Shown here piece after piece: positions 38,401-52,016 of a stretch of 64,000 nucleotides of DNA. Origin of the DNA: Antedon mediterranea. Taxonomy: Eukaryota; Animalia; Echinodermata. A model generated the notes under the pieces. The model searched no databases and was not told the DNA's origin. It worked only from the letters and a program-made list of their open reading frames with translations. Within the stretch, counting starts at the first letter, position 1; the number at the start of each line of letters is the position of its first letter. Both the position numbers and the translations under genes were made by a program. The stretch covers positions 6,292,201 through 6,356,200 of the forward strand of contig NC_092679.1 in NCBI RefSeq assembly GCF_964355755.1, given 5' to 3'.

Positions 38401-41400
38401 CTATGTCTAAAACCATATGGGATTAATTAATTAAGCTGTCAAAGATTTATGGGATTAGTAACAGTTCATACCTTATCCCATACTTCTGTGTGAAACTTTA
38501 CAATTACCTGTGGCGAACTATGACTAGATTAATACACAAAAAGATAACTTTATAAATTTACATTTTACATTTTCCAAAGCGTTTTAAATTAATTATGCCA
38601 CACCCTTAGAAGATTTAACACTTGGCAAATGTTACTATCCCAGCAATTCTAAATGTAGAATGTTAAATTTTCACTTTTCCAATTGAAATTGTGAGAATAA
38701 GAAATGTTCTAGATAATAATAGTCAATGAGTGGGGGTTTTTAAAAATGATTAGTTGGAAACACATTTAAATAAGAAATATTTCTTGTAAAAAATGCCGCT
38801 CATCTCACGATAACTACCGTCTTCATGCTTTTCAATATTTATCAGCATGTTTTCATAGTTTTCTTAGGTGTGCTCTAGGGTGTGAGCATGCCCAATCCTA
38901 GTTTCCAAATACCCATTTTTTCAGCTGTAGTAAACTATAAGCTACCGCATGGTAACCGTTTCCTAAAGCTTCTGTCTCTTGAATGTATCTGCTTAAATGA
39001 GCGGAGCGAAATTGATTTTAAGAATCATGATCATAAATGTAAGTCTTATCTCTGGAAAGAATCGAATGATATTTTCTGTTTGAACATCATTAATGTTTAA
39101 AACCATGTATCTAAAATAAAACAAATGATTTCAATGTTTTATAGTCAATATGCTTTTTTTGAATGTTTAAAAATACTAGTCATCTTTTCAACATGGTGTC
39201 AATCCATCACCAAGATGAGACGGTATGGCAGATACAAGTAAAAAGGTGCCCTTTATTATGAAAAGGAAAGAGTATGATTCTTCTATGACAAAATTTGTAA
39301 ATCACAAGTTTTAAAACTCAGAAGTACTTTAGTAGGATTTTACTGCATGGGAATTAGTTCTAGAAAAAAAAATCAAGGAGAAAAAAGAAAAAGGAAAATC
39401 ATGATATGTATTGGTTATAGTCAACTACATGCTCCAAACGATTCATTCATTTTATACTGCAGATGTAAATTTGTCTGCTACCAAATGGACACAAGACCTA
39501 ACTTTGACTTGAAAGAATTTTGAACATTTTGTTTTAGCATTTTATAAAAGATACGTTTCTTCTGCTTTTAAATAATTGTTTTGTAATATTCATGTATCCT
39601 TTGTAGCAGTATGGATTGCATCCTTCTAAACACTGTTTCCCTTTTTGCAAACATTTTATTTTATTTCAAAAATAAAAGGATCCATGTGAAAATAATGATT
39701 TTTCAAGTTCATCTTTTGTTATTTTAAGTGATAACATAATTAATGACGATTTTCTGGGACACTTTCTCATTTCCGTAGAGACCTTACACACAAATTGAAA
39801 ACATGAGATTCAAATTATGTCATCTTGTATCGTAATCACCGCAATGTCAAGGTTTTCATTTGTAACATTTATTACTAAACATTATTACATTAAGATCAAA
39901 GATACTCGTGTCATTACAATAAGAAAATTAATGATGAAGAAAATATACTACTGGTAAAAACAGCTTGATGAAATTATGGATGAAATTAAAGAGATATTAA
40001 ACTGAGATACCGGTTTTATAAAATGTGAACATTCTTGAAACTGCCAGTGTACTATATTGACAAATGAGTCATTTAATAGGCTATTATCATGACCTAATTA
40101 GTCTTGGATTATAAATTATACTAGATGGTCTTAAATGTAGTTTTTATAAACCCCCCCCCCCCCCCCCAATGCAACTCCAGTCATTGCAATACCCAATAGC
40201 CTCTAAACCTGGTGAGTGTCTGACCTAAATTGAACGGCCCTAGAATCGTGTCATACACAGGCATACCACAAAGTTACACTTTTACCACTTTACTCATACT
40301 TACTTACGTTTCTTGTAATTTCTATTTTATGCACCAGTTTATTAGTATGTACAACGTGGTTCCTAGTAATAATACACGCAATGCAAATGATTATCTTTTA
40401 CCTAAATGTACAAACAATTTGATCAAGAACTCTATTAAATACCAAGGAGCTAAATTATGAAATTCAATCCATGTAGATATTAAAAATGCATCTACAACTT
40501 CTAAATTTAAATTAGTATTAAGAACTTTTTACTTTCAAGATATGATGAAAGTTAAATTGGATAAAGTGGTTTAAATAGAAATTGTAGCTTTGTTTTTCTT
40601 TTATTTATTATTTTTATTTTTTTCTTTTTCGTATTTAATGTTATATCTTGGGGTGGATCAAACTTAAAGTCTTTCTGACTTTTATGACCCTTCCCCCACA
40701 TGATTATTTCATTGTATTTATTATCCTGTATGTTATTGTGTATTGTTGAAATAAATTGAATTGAATTGTTAAGTAACCATTGCAATCATATTCAAAAGAA
40801 AGTTCCATAAAAATGTGTACATATTGTATATATTCATCAGCATATAAAAATTGACTGTTTTATATAAGATGACAAAATCTTTCTTTAATTAATACTTGAC
40901 CCAATTCAACCCAGATATAAAGGAAACCAAATAATAGTGAGTCCTAGCCAACGCCCTTTAGCGTGCCATACAATAAAAGACATGTGCTGTACATTTTACC
41001 AATTGACATTTATTTTTAAAACCTTTGACCATACAGAATATTGTCTGGTGTTGCTTTTCCTTTTAATTAAGATCTTGTCATAATATATAATATTTCGTTT
41101 TTAGATTGCATGTTATTTGATATATAGTTTTAAAAATCAGCCAATCTTCATGTAGAAGGTCACTCACCTCAAGAGTGGGAAATTCATTTGTTATAGTCAG
41201 TGACAAATAAACAAAATATTGATTAATTTACCATTTATATTATACATAAAATTAATTTAAATCTTCTTGTGTTTTATGCAGACAATATTCAGATGTTAGA
41301 GAAAATATTGTGTTATGGCATATTAACAAAAATGAATAAAAAATGTGTTGGGTTGTTTCCAATTGAAGGCGGGGCTCCTAGATTATGTGAATAGGGGTGT

Positions 41401-44400
41401 CCTATGTTAAACGAATATCAATATAAGCCAATTACAGTTTATCCATGTAAGTGAGACTTTAATTCATCCTACTGACTAGGTTAGGATTTGTTGATTTCTT
41501 GATCTTTGACAACGTGGTGTCAATAGTGATGGCGTGGGGGTAAAAAACAAACAAATTACAGGATAAAGTTAGGAAATTAAACAAATTTTTGCAAAACAAG
41601 TAAAGTCTCAGGGGTAGGTGACAGACATTGTACTAGATCCTTCAATTATGTCATCAACGTAGCCTAGATTTGAAAAAAAAATTCTCTCAGACTTAATTCT
41701 ATTTTTGATTGACTTTTCAAACATTTGTTCAGCCTTATTAATTTTCTTCTAAAGTTTATCTAGGTTCTTATCAAATCCCAAACACCCCAAGGGTATGATG
41801 CAGCAATAATTTAATGCTATCAACATATATTTAATACATGATTATCTCAATTTAATTTATAAATGTATTATTTTAATCATGATATTACCATTTATATGTA
41901 TGCAAATTTATTTGAACACCTGCCTAAGATGTGTGATAATTAGTTTTATGTGAATAGTCTATAATTTCGTATTATACTTATTAAGCCATTGTGGTTTAGT
42001 TCAGATACTATGGAAGTTTAATGGGCAGGCAGTGGTTGGCAAGTGAGAGCAAAAATGTCAAATTTTAATTTCATTTTTTGATGAAAATTGAAACCCATTT
42101 ATAAAACAGAACCAATCACTTTAACATATATATGTATTCAGGCACTGTAATCCAAACCTAAAATTGTTACACACCCATCACCTTGAAAATATTAATTTGT
42201 ATATAATAATCATTTGATGCATCTATGCGACTAACCCAAGGCTGACATTTCCGACAGTCATATTTCAACAAAAACTTCTGTGAAGGTTCTTCACGGTATA
42301 CTATTACATAGTATTGTAACAGAATCATGTACAGACTGACCAAAAAACTCTACAATTCCCAAGTGGTATCCAGAGTTGTACAGTCAGTTCACCAAAACTT
42401 ACACAGGTCTCAATTAAAACAAGATAGAGATCTTTGGCAAGGGCAAATTTAATGATATAAACAATTGCAGCCGTTTGAGAGTAGCGGACACTATACCTAT
42501 CAAAATATCCTACGTACATCAAGACTACACTACATAATTGATTAAAATCACATTTTTAGACCTTTTATTATTAATTTTTAACCAAATAAATAAAGGCAAA
42601 GAGCTATCAGGCATTTTCTGGAGGCAAAACGGGGTGCGTGTGACTTGCCAATGAACCTGATCAGTGTGTAAGCTAGTTAAGTTGAACTGAGATGAACTAT
42701 GAGGCCAGTCTGCCAGTTATCACCACTAATTAAAAATTATGCCATCCAATTATTACCAGACAATATATTTTGTTTACTCTTTAAAAAGATTTCAATATTA
42801 AATTCATAACCAATTTTTCTAAAATGTTTTTATACATACAGTACAAGCTAATATTAAAAAACAATGATAGTCCAATGTGATTTCTTTTCGATCCCTGTAG
42901 CATTGGTTTACAAATGAATTACATGTACACACCTTTTTGGGAGTTAAGCATGGTTCCCACTAGCGATTCAACGCAAGGACGTAATGCAACGTAACTGGAT
43001 TGACCAATCACACGCGATGGATTACTTGCTTGTCATTGGTTAACTCGCCTGCGTCGCACTCACGTCCTTGCGTTGCATCTCTAGTGGGAACCACGCTTAA
43101 GTTATTTGTACTGGCAATAGAGTATCAAGGTGTGACATCACAACGATAGAGAGCGCTGCACGGTTGCTAGCCAAACCAAAAAATTCGTTCAGCCCTACTA
43201 GTATGTTGATAAACTGTAAAGATCTGTATTTCTATCAAATTATGTATCTTAGCTTGATTTTTTTAAACTTAAACTGTAGTTGAAGAATAAATAGATTATT
43301 AAAAACAAATATTTAGTGATCTTTTGAAATTTTAGTTTGTTTTTATTGAAAATTATTATTATTTTAAAATGACTACTTCAATAAGCCTATTCCAATCCAT
43401 TGGTGACCTTGGAGTCACTCAGGCAGGTTGAACGCATTTTTGGTGGCGCTAGCAACCACGCAGCACCACACACTGTCGTGACGTCAGCACCGTGATACTC
43501 TATACAGAAAATTGTTATGGTCAATTTTGAGATTATCTACAAAATAATAATAAAAAAAAAATTTTTAGAGAGAAAAATATAGTTTGTATGGTTGTCCAGT
43601 ATTCAAATGTTTGCTATTACACGCATCCATACACATCAAAATGACTAGAAATGTACTGGGAAGGTTTTAAACTACAGAACCGTTCACTACCACCCTGGGA
43701 CGGGTGTTTACCCTTGTACAGCATGTAACACAATGTACTTTTTTCTTCTTTTTCAAAAGTACACACCAACATTTTGAAATATTTATAATTTTTATCATCT
43801 TGCCAATAATTTGAAACACAATGCTGGTGAGTCACACAATATCATTTCCTTAAGATTGCGATCAAAATTATTTTAAATTACTATAAGAAAAAGACACAGA
43901 AAATGTACAAGTAGTGCAATTGATGACAGAGAGGTAGCAGCATTAACATTTGACAAAATATAAACTGAAGAAGTTTTTAAATTGAGCAGAATACAAAAGC
44001 AACATGGCGCAAATATTATTTGATGATAGCATGCTTGATTCCACGAGGAACATCAATGCACAATGCATGATGGGAAGGGTTTGGAAGCAATAGTGCCACC
44101 ATATAATAACAAATTTATATAATGATGGTTGTGCTATGCTCCCAATTCCCATTTGCGATAAACCTTTATGAAGGTGTCTTATAAATGATGATGTTGAACT
44201 AGTTAGTGGAACTACATTCAGAAATACATACAGTTCATTATAAATATCATACAAGATAACCACAGCTTATGAAATGTAAAATATTTAATAAAAGATAACC
44301 ACATTTTTTGTGGTCAAATATTTCTTACAAGAGGACCAATAAGTCAATAAAACAATGTTTCTTTCTCAAACAAAACTGTATGGTAATTCTGGAGTAATTT

Positions 44401-47400
44401 ACTAGAGCTTAGAAGTCTAAGCCCAAGCCTTCTCGTACCACATGGTACCCACAGCTATTATAGGGCAGGATAGACATCCCAAGGACACAGCCTGACCAAT
44501 ATACAACATACTTAATTGGTACGTCTCTCGCTAAAAACTGAAGCACGGCAGATTTATAAAATAGGGTAATTGGATTGTTTTTGGTATGTACGATGATTAT
44601 TTAATCAGGCCGATGATGAGGTAATCGAAAAAACAGATGCGACACTGATGTCCAATGTTGACAGATATAAAGCAGTTTCGCTAAAATTAATAATTTCCTT
44701 TTAAATTGAAAATAATGGACACAAAAAATAGATTTACAAGAAAAGAAGAAAAAGTAGAAGGATTAAAATTGGCTATTGACAGAAGGGTAACAGGGCTAAA
44801 ATTGACCATTTCCTTAAAGTGAATTTTTTTGATAAGGCATTATATATAAAAGGTAGGGTAAACCATCTAAGATATATCTAATAATAAACTGAGTCTATCA
44901 AAATTGTTATCATATATTAAAAAATAATCTATTAATAGATTTAGTTTGTCTTTTTTTAAACTTTTTTTAAAACTAATCTCTATTTTCGAATAAATGACAA
45001 CTTGTCTTGCCATACTTTACCGAAATTGATCTGGAAAATTTGGCTTGACATAGTTAGCTTCTGTCTGGTGTCGGATGCATATGATATGAGAAATACCAAA
45101 CTGACATAACTGCATATGCTGATAAAAAAATACAAAAATTGATTTCTAATGAAAATAATATAGACTCATAAGCTATATTTTTAGCGCAGCACTGTACAAG
45201 TGAATTTTATAAAGTATGTGGAATAAGAAATTTTGTGTTAAACAGAGTAACTATTTTTTATTTGTACGAGGTTTTTTTTTAGTACTAGTAGTCCAATATA
45301 TATTACAAATTCCTAGTAACACCCTCATGATAATACCATATATCCTCTGGTATAATCACACCCCCTAGAACACGAAATTGTGCCGACTTTGCGGGGTGGG
45401 ACTATACCCGATTCTTGAAAAAAAATGATTGTTAAGCATTTCTTGTAAAAACTCATCTGAACTGACTAGAAAGATACATGCAGACAAAAAGTCAATATTG
45501 GGACACAACTTTGTGCTGTTTACTAGCTGCATTATTATGGAAGTATGATCCAACAGGCTTGCTTATATGCGTTATATAAGAATAAACTATTATTTTTATA
45601 CCCGGGGATATACCTGTTTGTGAAATCAGACATATAGTAGGGGTGGGATTAGACCCAAAGTGGGATTATACCCAAGGATATATGGTAGTGACAAAGGAAT
45701 GTTATCTTTTTATACATGATATCTAGTAGTGTATCAGTTTAATATCTGTTTATAATATGTAACAAAGGTGAATGAATGATAAAATGAAACAGTTGTCAAC
45801 GACGACACACTGTATCACATTAAATTTTTATTAAATTATGTTGGTTGTTATGTAGTACTATTGAGTTTCTTGACAAAACGCTGAATCATTCTGTCAATTC
45901 CATAAATTAAGTTAAACATTATTATCATTTGCTTAACATACTTTGATATTATACTTAGGAAATATTAATACTTTCATGACATTATTAAAGGAATAATTTA
46001 ATTTTGTTCCAGATTTTGTTCCACTGATTGTAAAGTGTGCTGTTAAGTTTATTCCTTGCGTGCATCACATATTATTACAACTAATCTTATTATTAAATTA
46101 TCTTAATATCACCTTGCTCTTAGTGGCAGCTGCATAGGGCCCAAGAAATACATTCGGTAGGATCTCCTGAAAAAAAAGAAGCAAAATCTAAAGAATGCAA
46201 CAAGGAGTAAAGTGTTGACAGGTCTCATAACAATTTTAAATTAAGATGTTTGCTTGGTGTCAGGATTTCACATATAAAACCAGTTGTGACAGCATCCAGT
46301 AAATAACAAAGCGCTAACTGCCGTCCCTTCAGAAATTCCCCATTGGTAAGTGGAACAGTCCACTACTAATGGTGGAGTTCGTTGATTTACTCATACAGTA
46401 TTTCTAATTTTGATAGACAATGGCCAATTTATGTTTATCAAGGTAAGTAGAAACAAAGCAGCATGTATTTATAGTTTAACCATTCTGATACAGGCCAGTA
46501 ATTAAATTATTAAACATTATATTCTAATTTGAATAAATACTGTAGAACCTCTATTCAGGGGACACCACCCCATTAGGGAACAAGGGAACATACTTGTTTT
46601 AAATTAACACACCCCTATATAAGGAACACACCTATTATGGGAACACACCTATATAAGGAACACCCCTATATAAGGAACACACATATATAAGGAACACACC
46701 TATATAAGGAACACACCTATTATGGGAACACACCTATATAAGGAACACACCTATTATGGGAACACACCTATATAAGGAACACCCCTATATAAGGAACACA
46801 CATATATAAGGAACACACCTATTATGGGAACACACCTATATAAGGAACACACCTATTATGGGAACCCACCTATATAAGGAACACACCTATTATGGGAACA
46901 CACCTATATAAGGAACACACCTATTATGGGAACCCACCTATATAAGGAACACACCTATTATGGGAACACACCTATATAAGGAACACATCTATTATTATGG
47001 GAACACACCTATATAAGGAACACACCTATATAAGGAACACACCTATTATGGGAACACACCTATATAAGGAACACCCCTATATAAGGAACACACCTATATA
47101 AGGAACACATCTATTATTATGGGAACACACCTATATAAGGAACACACCTATATAAGGAACACACCTATATAAGGAACACCCCTATATAAGGAACACACCT
47201 ATATAAGGAACACACCTATATAAGGAACACACCTATATAAGGAACACACCTATATAAGGAACACACCTATTATGGGAACACACCTATATAAGGAACACAC
47301 CTATTATGGGAACCCACCTATATAAGGAACACACCTATTATGGGAACACACCTATATAAGGAACACACCTATTATGGGAACCCACCTATATAAGGAACAC

Positions 47401-49014
47401 ACCTATTATGGGAACACACCTATATAAGGAACACATCTATTATTATGGGAACACACCTATATAAGGAACACACCTATATAAGGAACACACCTATTATGGG
47501 AACACACCTATATAAGGAACACCCCTATATAAGGAACACACCTATATAAGGAACACACCTATATAAGGAACACACCTATTATTATGGGAACACACCTATA
47601 TAAGGAACACACCTATATAAGGAACACACCTATTATGGGAACACACCTATTATGGGAACACACCTATATAAGGAACACACCTATATAAGGAACACACCTA
47701 TTATGGGAACACTTTCTTTTGGTCCCAAGGTGTCCCTTAATAGAGGTTCTACTGCAAGTAAATATTACAAATGAAAAAATGTGTGTATGGTGTGACAAAC
47801 ATGACAAAAAATTTAAAAATGCTGAGAAGAAAACCAAATTACAGGAAGATTTTTTAAATCCATTTAATATGTTGGGCAGAAAGACAACCTAACTTTTAAA
47901 TTCAATATATTCATACAACAATTAAATTGTTATTTTCATGACATATTTATGCTCAATAAGTAGGGATGATTCATAATTGTTGACAACATTGTAGGGGATG
48001 TTATTATTAGACATTAGTATTAACTGATTGTAAATACCTGCATTTCTCGTCTCATACAATATTCCCATTCCTGAAAACATAAAATAATGAGCCCTGATAA
48101 ATTGCCAAGTTTAGAAAATAATTATGTACCTTTAAATCCAATCATGTTAATACAGAGATTTATGCAAATATATGTTATATTTAACAATATAGTATATTTA
48201 ACTGCACAAGGTAATCATCAGAATGAAATTGTAAAAATCACACAGTACTAAAGGTTTTGTCAAAGAGTTCATGGTTCCAACGAATCACTGTAAATAACTA
48301 CTTTATTATGTAGACACAATATAAAAAAAAATATAATTTAAATTAAAAATCATTAATCCTTTATAGTTTACTAAGACTGAGGCAAAATTTTAAATATTAC
48401 TATAGGGAAGGTAAATTTCAAAACATATCAATGGAAATATTAAGATATTTTAAAGGGGGACACAGTGTCTGCGTCGGGTATGAAAATAGCTACGAGCGTA
48501 GACGGCCTATGAGTATCTAGAGTACACTTCACACGTATATATGTGTTGACGTTTTAATCTGACACGTACTGTACTCTCCTTCGTCCAATGGGAAATAACA
48601 GGAATACCTACAAACCTGTTGATAATTGCCATTACAAATAAACATTTTATTTCTAGAAACAATATCATAATCTATGAATGTAGACGTAAATAAATCGACT
48701 TGGACATTTTGAACACTTCAGATTTTAAGTTTATTTTGTAATTTGTAAACATATTAAATAATTAAAAGATGTCCAAAGGGAGAAAGGCATTGTTCTTATA
48801 ACTTGCAATATTCCTGGCAAATTATTTAGTTGTAAAAAACTATTGCTGGACTATTAAAAATGTTTTAGCTTTTAGCCTTGGGGGTCTATCATGGGTGTCG
48901 GGTATCAGGGTGGAGGGTTCTGGTCTACTGTACCTGGTATTGTGTTTCTGCTGGAATGGCAGGATATTCTGGTGATGATGATATAGACAGATTTGCTGTA
49001 TAAAAGTAGTCCAT
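20453..49014 (-). CDS. STYX: STYX pseudophosphatase; 10 coding exons (49014-48934, 48070-48038, 46166-46113, 45118-45021, 39110-39050, 36429-36353, 35002-34952, 34514-34442, 23600-23525, 20550-20453), 233 aa
   Basis: Spliced translation includes EWEYCMRREMQEILPNVFLGPY, ISHIICIR..EANYVKPNFP, ENIIRFFP, LVHGNAGISRSAALVIAYIME and RFCINPNEGF..QL.EYE. The Gly replacing the catalytic Cys (HGNAGISRS) is the STYX hallmark. Phases are consistent (702 nt). One donor is non-canonical (after 39050). A probable non-coding first exon ends at 49871. Confidence 0.92.
20546..20820. repeat. About 70-bp tandem repeat x4 spanning the STYX last-exon acceptor
   Basis: Unit acacctgtaaatatatgcaaataaaaccagaatagctgtatctt..agaagacttt; the first copy contains the real acceptor at 20551-20552. 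Confidence 0.8.
23658..24277 (+). mobile_element. Helentron-like non-autonomous element (family shared with 31997-32610)
   Basis: 5' actag..acctccgcctactgtaaaattc and 3' ttggcggaggtaa termini, shared with the element at about 32.0-32.6 kb. Confidence 0.55.
27318..28622 (-). mobile_element. Non-autonomous Helitron
   Basis: The minus strand starts A|TCtatatataaa (28622) and ends with the hairpin ctagatggtacgc-ga-gcgtaccat and CTAG|T (27318). These are canonical TC...CTAG ends in an AT target without a TSD. Confidence 0.75.
31194..31400. repeat. About 110-bp near-perfect tandem duplication
   Basis: tgtttaaaagattgactaaataattaac...tttcgaacat at 31201-31289 and again at 31312-31400. Confidence 0.85.
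31997..32610 (+). mobile_element. Helentron-like non-autonomous element with a CA microsatellite and an internal tRNA-like segment
   Basis: acctccgcc near the 5' end, a CA-rich tract at 32514-32570 and a 3' hairpin acctcc-ttggc-ggaggt followed by aat. Internal A-box/B-box sequence at 32140-32213 is followed by poly-T. Confidence 0.6.
33320..33450 (+). mobile_element. Short RTE-like LINE 3' remnant
   Basis: Translates to IQNIASDRILWK, resembling the A.DR..W motif at RTE ORF C-termini, and ends in a (TAAG)n tail. Confidence 0.45.
34612..34792. repeat. 40-bp AT-rich minisatellite x4.5
   Basis: aataatataagtaatcaataattg(cc/ta)attaataaattatc repeated. Confidence 0.9.
35798..36239. repeat. (TTTAG)n/(TTAG)n microsatellite bracketed by a 48-bp direct repeat
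   Basis: acaacaagtacaagtaatagttagtttagttaagtttgggttagttag occurs at both about 35798 and about 36192, with pentamer arrays in between. Confidence 0.9.
36778..37094 (+). mobile_element. tRNA-derived SINE with a Deu/Nin-like central domain
   Basis: A box tggccgagcgg, B box ggttcgagg, core ggataaggactataaaccgtaggtcc..taaagaacc..gagtagggg..cccagtgt, and an (AAAC)n tail. A second, degenerate copy lies at about 59957-60140. Confidence 0.8.
40330..40768 (+). mobile_element. CR1/L2-like LINE 3' remnant
   Basis: NTRNANDYLLPKC..SIKYQGAKL*NSI..IKNA...FK is a typical ORF2 tail with one stop; it ends in aataaa(ttgaa)n. Confidence 0.65.
43117..43503. mobile_element. MITE with long imperfect TIRs
   Basis: atagagtatcaaggtgtgacatcac..ggttgctagc / gctagcaacc..gtgacgtcagcaccgtgatactctat. 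Confidence 0.7.
45334..45687. mobile_element. Tc1/mariner-like MITE
   Basis: TA-flanked inverted termini taccatatatcctctggtataatc / gattatacccaaggatatatggta. Confidence 0.7.
46538..47755. mobile_element. Tc1/mariner(pogo)-like MITE containing a 1.1-kb 19-bp minisatellite
   Basis: Termini tactgtagaacctctattcaggggacacc / ggtgtcccttaatagaggttctactg. The internal array at 46608-47712 mixes ggaacacacctatataa and ggaacacacctattatg variants. Confidence 0.8.
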
Positions 49015-52000
49015 TTCAGTGATTATCTGAGATCATTTTCCAAATATATCATTTCACATTCAGCCTAGAGAGACATGAAAAAAACAAAAACATGTGGTGT
49101 CTTATTTGTGCCCAAGCTTTCGAATCTGCCTGCTGTTCTTTTTCTAAAAATATTAAATTTAAGCTAAATTACTGTAACCAGGGGGTTGAAAACAATAACT
49201 CCCTGCTGTATATAGCCTATGTTACTATGTAAAGTATAGCATACTGTGTAGGTCTAACTAGTAACAAGAGTTTTAAAATTATAAAATAAAAAAATTATAT
49301 CAATAATTTTTGTGACGCCCAATGTAAATAATTGCATTTCATTGTTTTAATGTTAGAAGTCAATCAATTGTATGGGTTGAGTTGTTTGTACAATACAAAC
49401 AGGCTTAGGCCTCTAGCCTAGGAGGCTCGTTCGCATCTAAACGATCAGCAACTGTACCCCACCACCACGCGTGTGGAAAGAAAACAAAGACCAAACGATT
49501 ATCTGATATCCCGGGCCTAGCCTACATAACGTTATCTGAAACAAGTTTTGAACAAATAGGTCTGTTTAGGAGCCATGAATAAAAACGGTTGCTTAATTAC
49601 TTAGCTGACAATAGCACACTTAAAAATACCTTTAAATATAAGACATTATATTTGTTTTTAAAATAGGGCTAGGCCTAGGCCTAATTATACTTTCATCGTC
49701 TGCTGTATTTCTATTTTTGTCAGGGTTGCCAGGATTTCCAAACATCTTTAGTCCAATTTGATCTGTCAAAATATTGTATGAAATCGTGCCATCCGATCCT
49801 TCCTCTAGCCTGTATTATTTTCAATAATATTAATGCTGTAATTTAACTGTATTCAAGAATTTTTTCTTACACACAAATGTATGTGAATTAATTAAAACAC
49901 TAATAATTTGACGAATTTAGTGGCAGGTTAGCTCAGTCTTCTCAGTCGTCTATGTGACGTGTACTTTGTATTTTTCTGTGATCCGATCTGCGTATGTGCG
50001 TACTTCTTGGCGTGTGTAGTAATTGCGTGCGCGTAACGGAAGAGCATATCGGAAATGCGTATAATAATCGCGTAACATCATCATAGCGACTTGTTGCTAA
50101 GTTAAAAATAATAAACAATAATAATAATAATATTATATATTTATATTATGTAGTATTGACTTTTTCTAAAATAGCGAAAATATTAATTCGAAATAATCAC
50201 AAAAGTTATTCTGCATTATTATAATTAAATATAATAATATAATAATAATTATTACCAAATATAACCACTTGCAATAATATAAGATAATATTGTTGTAGAT
50301 AATTACCCTAGGCCTATATACACACACATATAGAAATCAATTAGTAACTAAGTTTATAGCCAAAGTACCTTTTATTGGTGTATGTTCGATAATTGATATA
50401 CAGTAACATTGAAGTTATAAAACAGCGCCCTCATGCCCGAACTTAAGTTAAACTTTAATTTTTACTGCACTACTGACTACCCTAATTTCATAATTTGGTG
50501 TAGTCGCAAAGTAAAAAGGAAGGCAGGAAACCAATTGGTTAAGAATAGTTCCCACTAGGAATCAATGTAAGAACGTACGCGCAATGCAAGTAAGTTGACC
50601 AATCACAAGCAATGGATCCGTCCTGATTGGTAAATTTGTGCTTACGTCCCTTGCATTGCGTCCTAATACGTAATAGTATCATTATAGTATGTGCAGATAC
50701 GCTCTACTGCGTTAAAAGTGTGTGCCTAAATATGGTAGTGATATTCCCAAATATAGTAGTGATATGACATCATAATGTCCATATATGGGCACATCACAGA
50801 TACGCTCTACTGCGTTAACCAATATGATGCATAATTAATCTAAATCTCTCTCTACACTATCAAACTAGTTTGACAAAAAAAGTGTGGTGTGCCCAAATAT
50901 ATGGAAGTGATATTTTGAATATGGTAGTGATATGACATCATCATGTCCATATATGGGCACATCATATTTTTTGTCACATAAAGTTTGATATTGTAGGCTG
51001 AGATTAAAAGAAAAGTATTTCCATGAAACGAGTTCATGATTGTTCATGTCATGGTCCAATTTTGACGCAACATGAACGTCGTTGACATATATGCTGAAGG
51101 CCTAACAATTTATTGTAATTGAATGATAATATCGTTACATTGAACAAATTAGGTTCAAGTTAAACCATTAAAAACTGTCTATAACTTCGCTTGTCATTGG
51201 TTAAAACGCTTACGTTGCGTTTACGTCCTTGCGTTACGTTCTAGTGGGAACCAAGCTTTAGCAATCACAAGCGGATAAGCCATCGCTTGTGATTGGTCAA
51301 TTCACTTGCGTTGCGTTACGTCCTTGTGTTGCGTCGCTAGTGGGAACCAAGCATTAGCAATAGTTTACACAAAAAGAACTATAGGCCCCAGCTCGTGTGA
51401 AATTGATTCCTGATTTTGTGCTCTATTTAATCAACTTCGAGTCACCTTTACTGAAAGTAGTATAAAGGCTCTATTTGCAGTTTGTATTTAATTTGAGTCT
51501 ACCATGAAAAAATGAATTTTTATTTAAATAAATTAAATATACCACGGTACACCTTTTTAAAACTCTCTAATGCTTGGTTCCTACTAGAGACGCAACACAA
51601 GGACGTAACGCAACGTAAGTGAGTAATTATTCGCAATGTCGCTTGTCATTGGTCAACTCGCTTGCGTTGCTCTTACGTCCTTGCGTTGCGTCCTAGTGGG
51701 AACCAAGCTTTACGTGTTCATATCACAATGAGAACAACTTTGTTACTTGTATACTTTTGCTTATTTTATTTTTCATTTTCTGAACGTGATATTACTATAA
51801 GTTCAGATATTTTAGTTTGCCGAATCTAGAATAAGAGATTCAGTCCCTTCCCCTCCAGACAGCTACTTCTGTATTTATTTTGACGTGAGAAGGGACAAGG
51901 TAGTTTACGGTTAAATGACACATTAATCGAATTATCGTTCTTCACTTAAATGTAATCACGTTAATTTCCTTTATTAAGATGTCACCTTTCATAGTTTAGC

Positions 52001-52016
52001 TATACTTAATGCATGT

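Noticed and set aside
39050-39050. U12-type AT-AC intron in STYX
   Set aside because: The donor is ATAAGACT, not ATATCCTT, and the downstream acceptor is AG.
46608-47712. CRISPR-like array
   Set aside because: Contiguous tandem units without unique spacers, no cas genes and a eukaryotic context. The same applies to 61727-61955.
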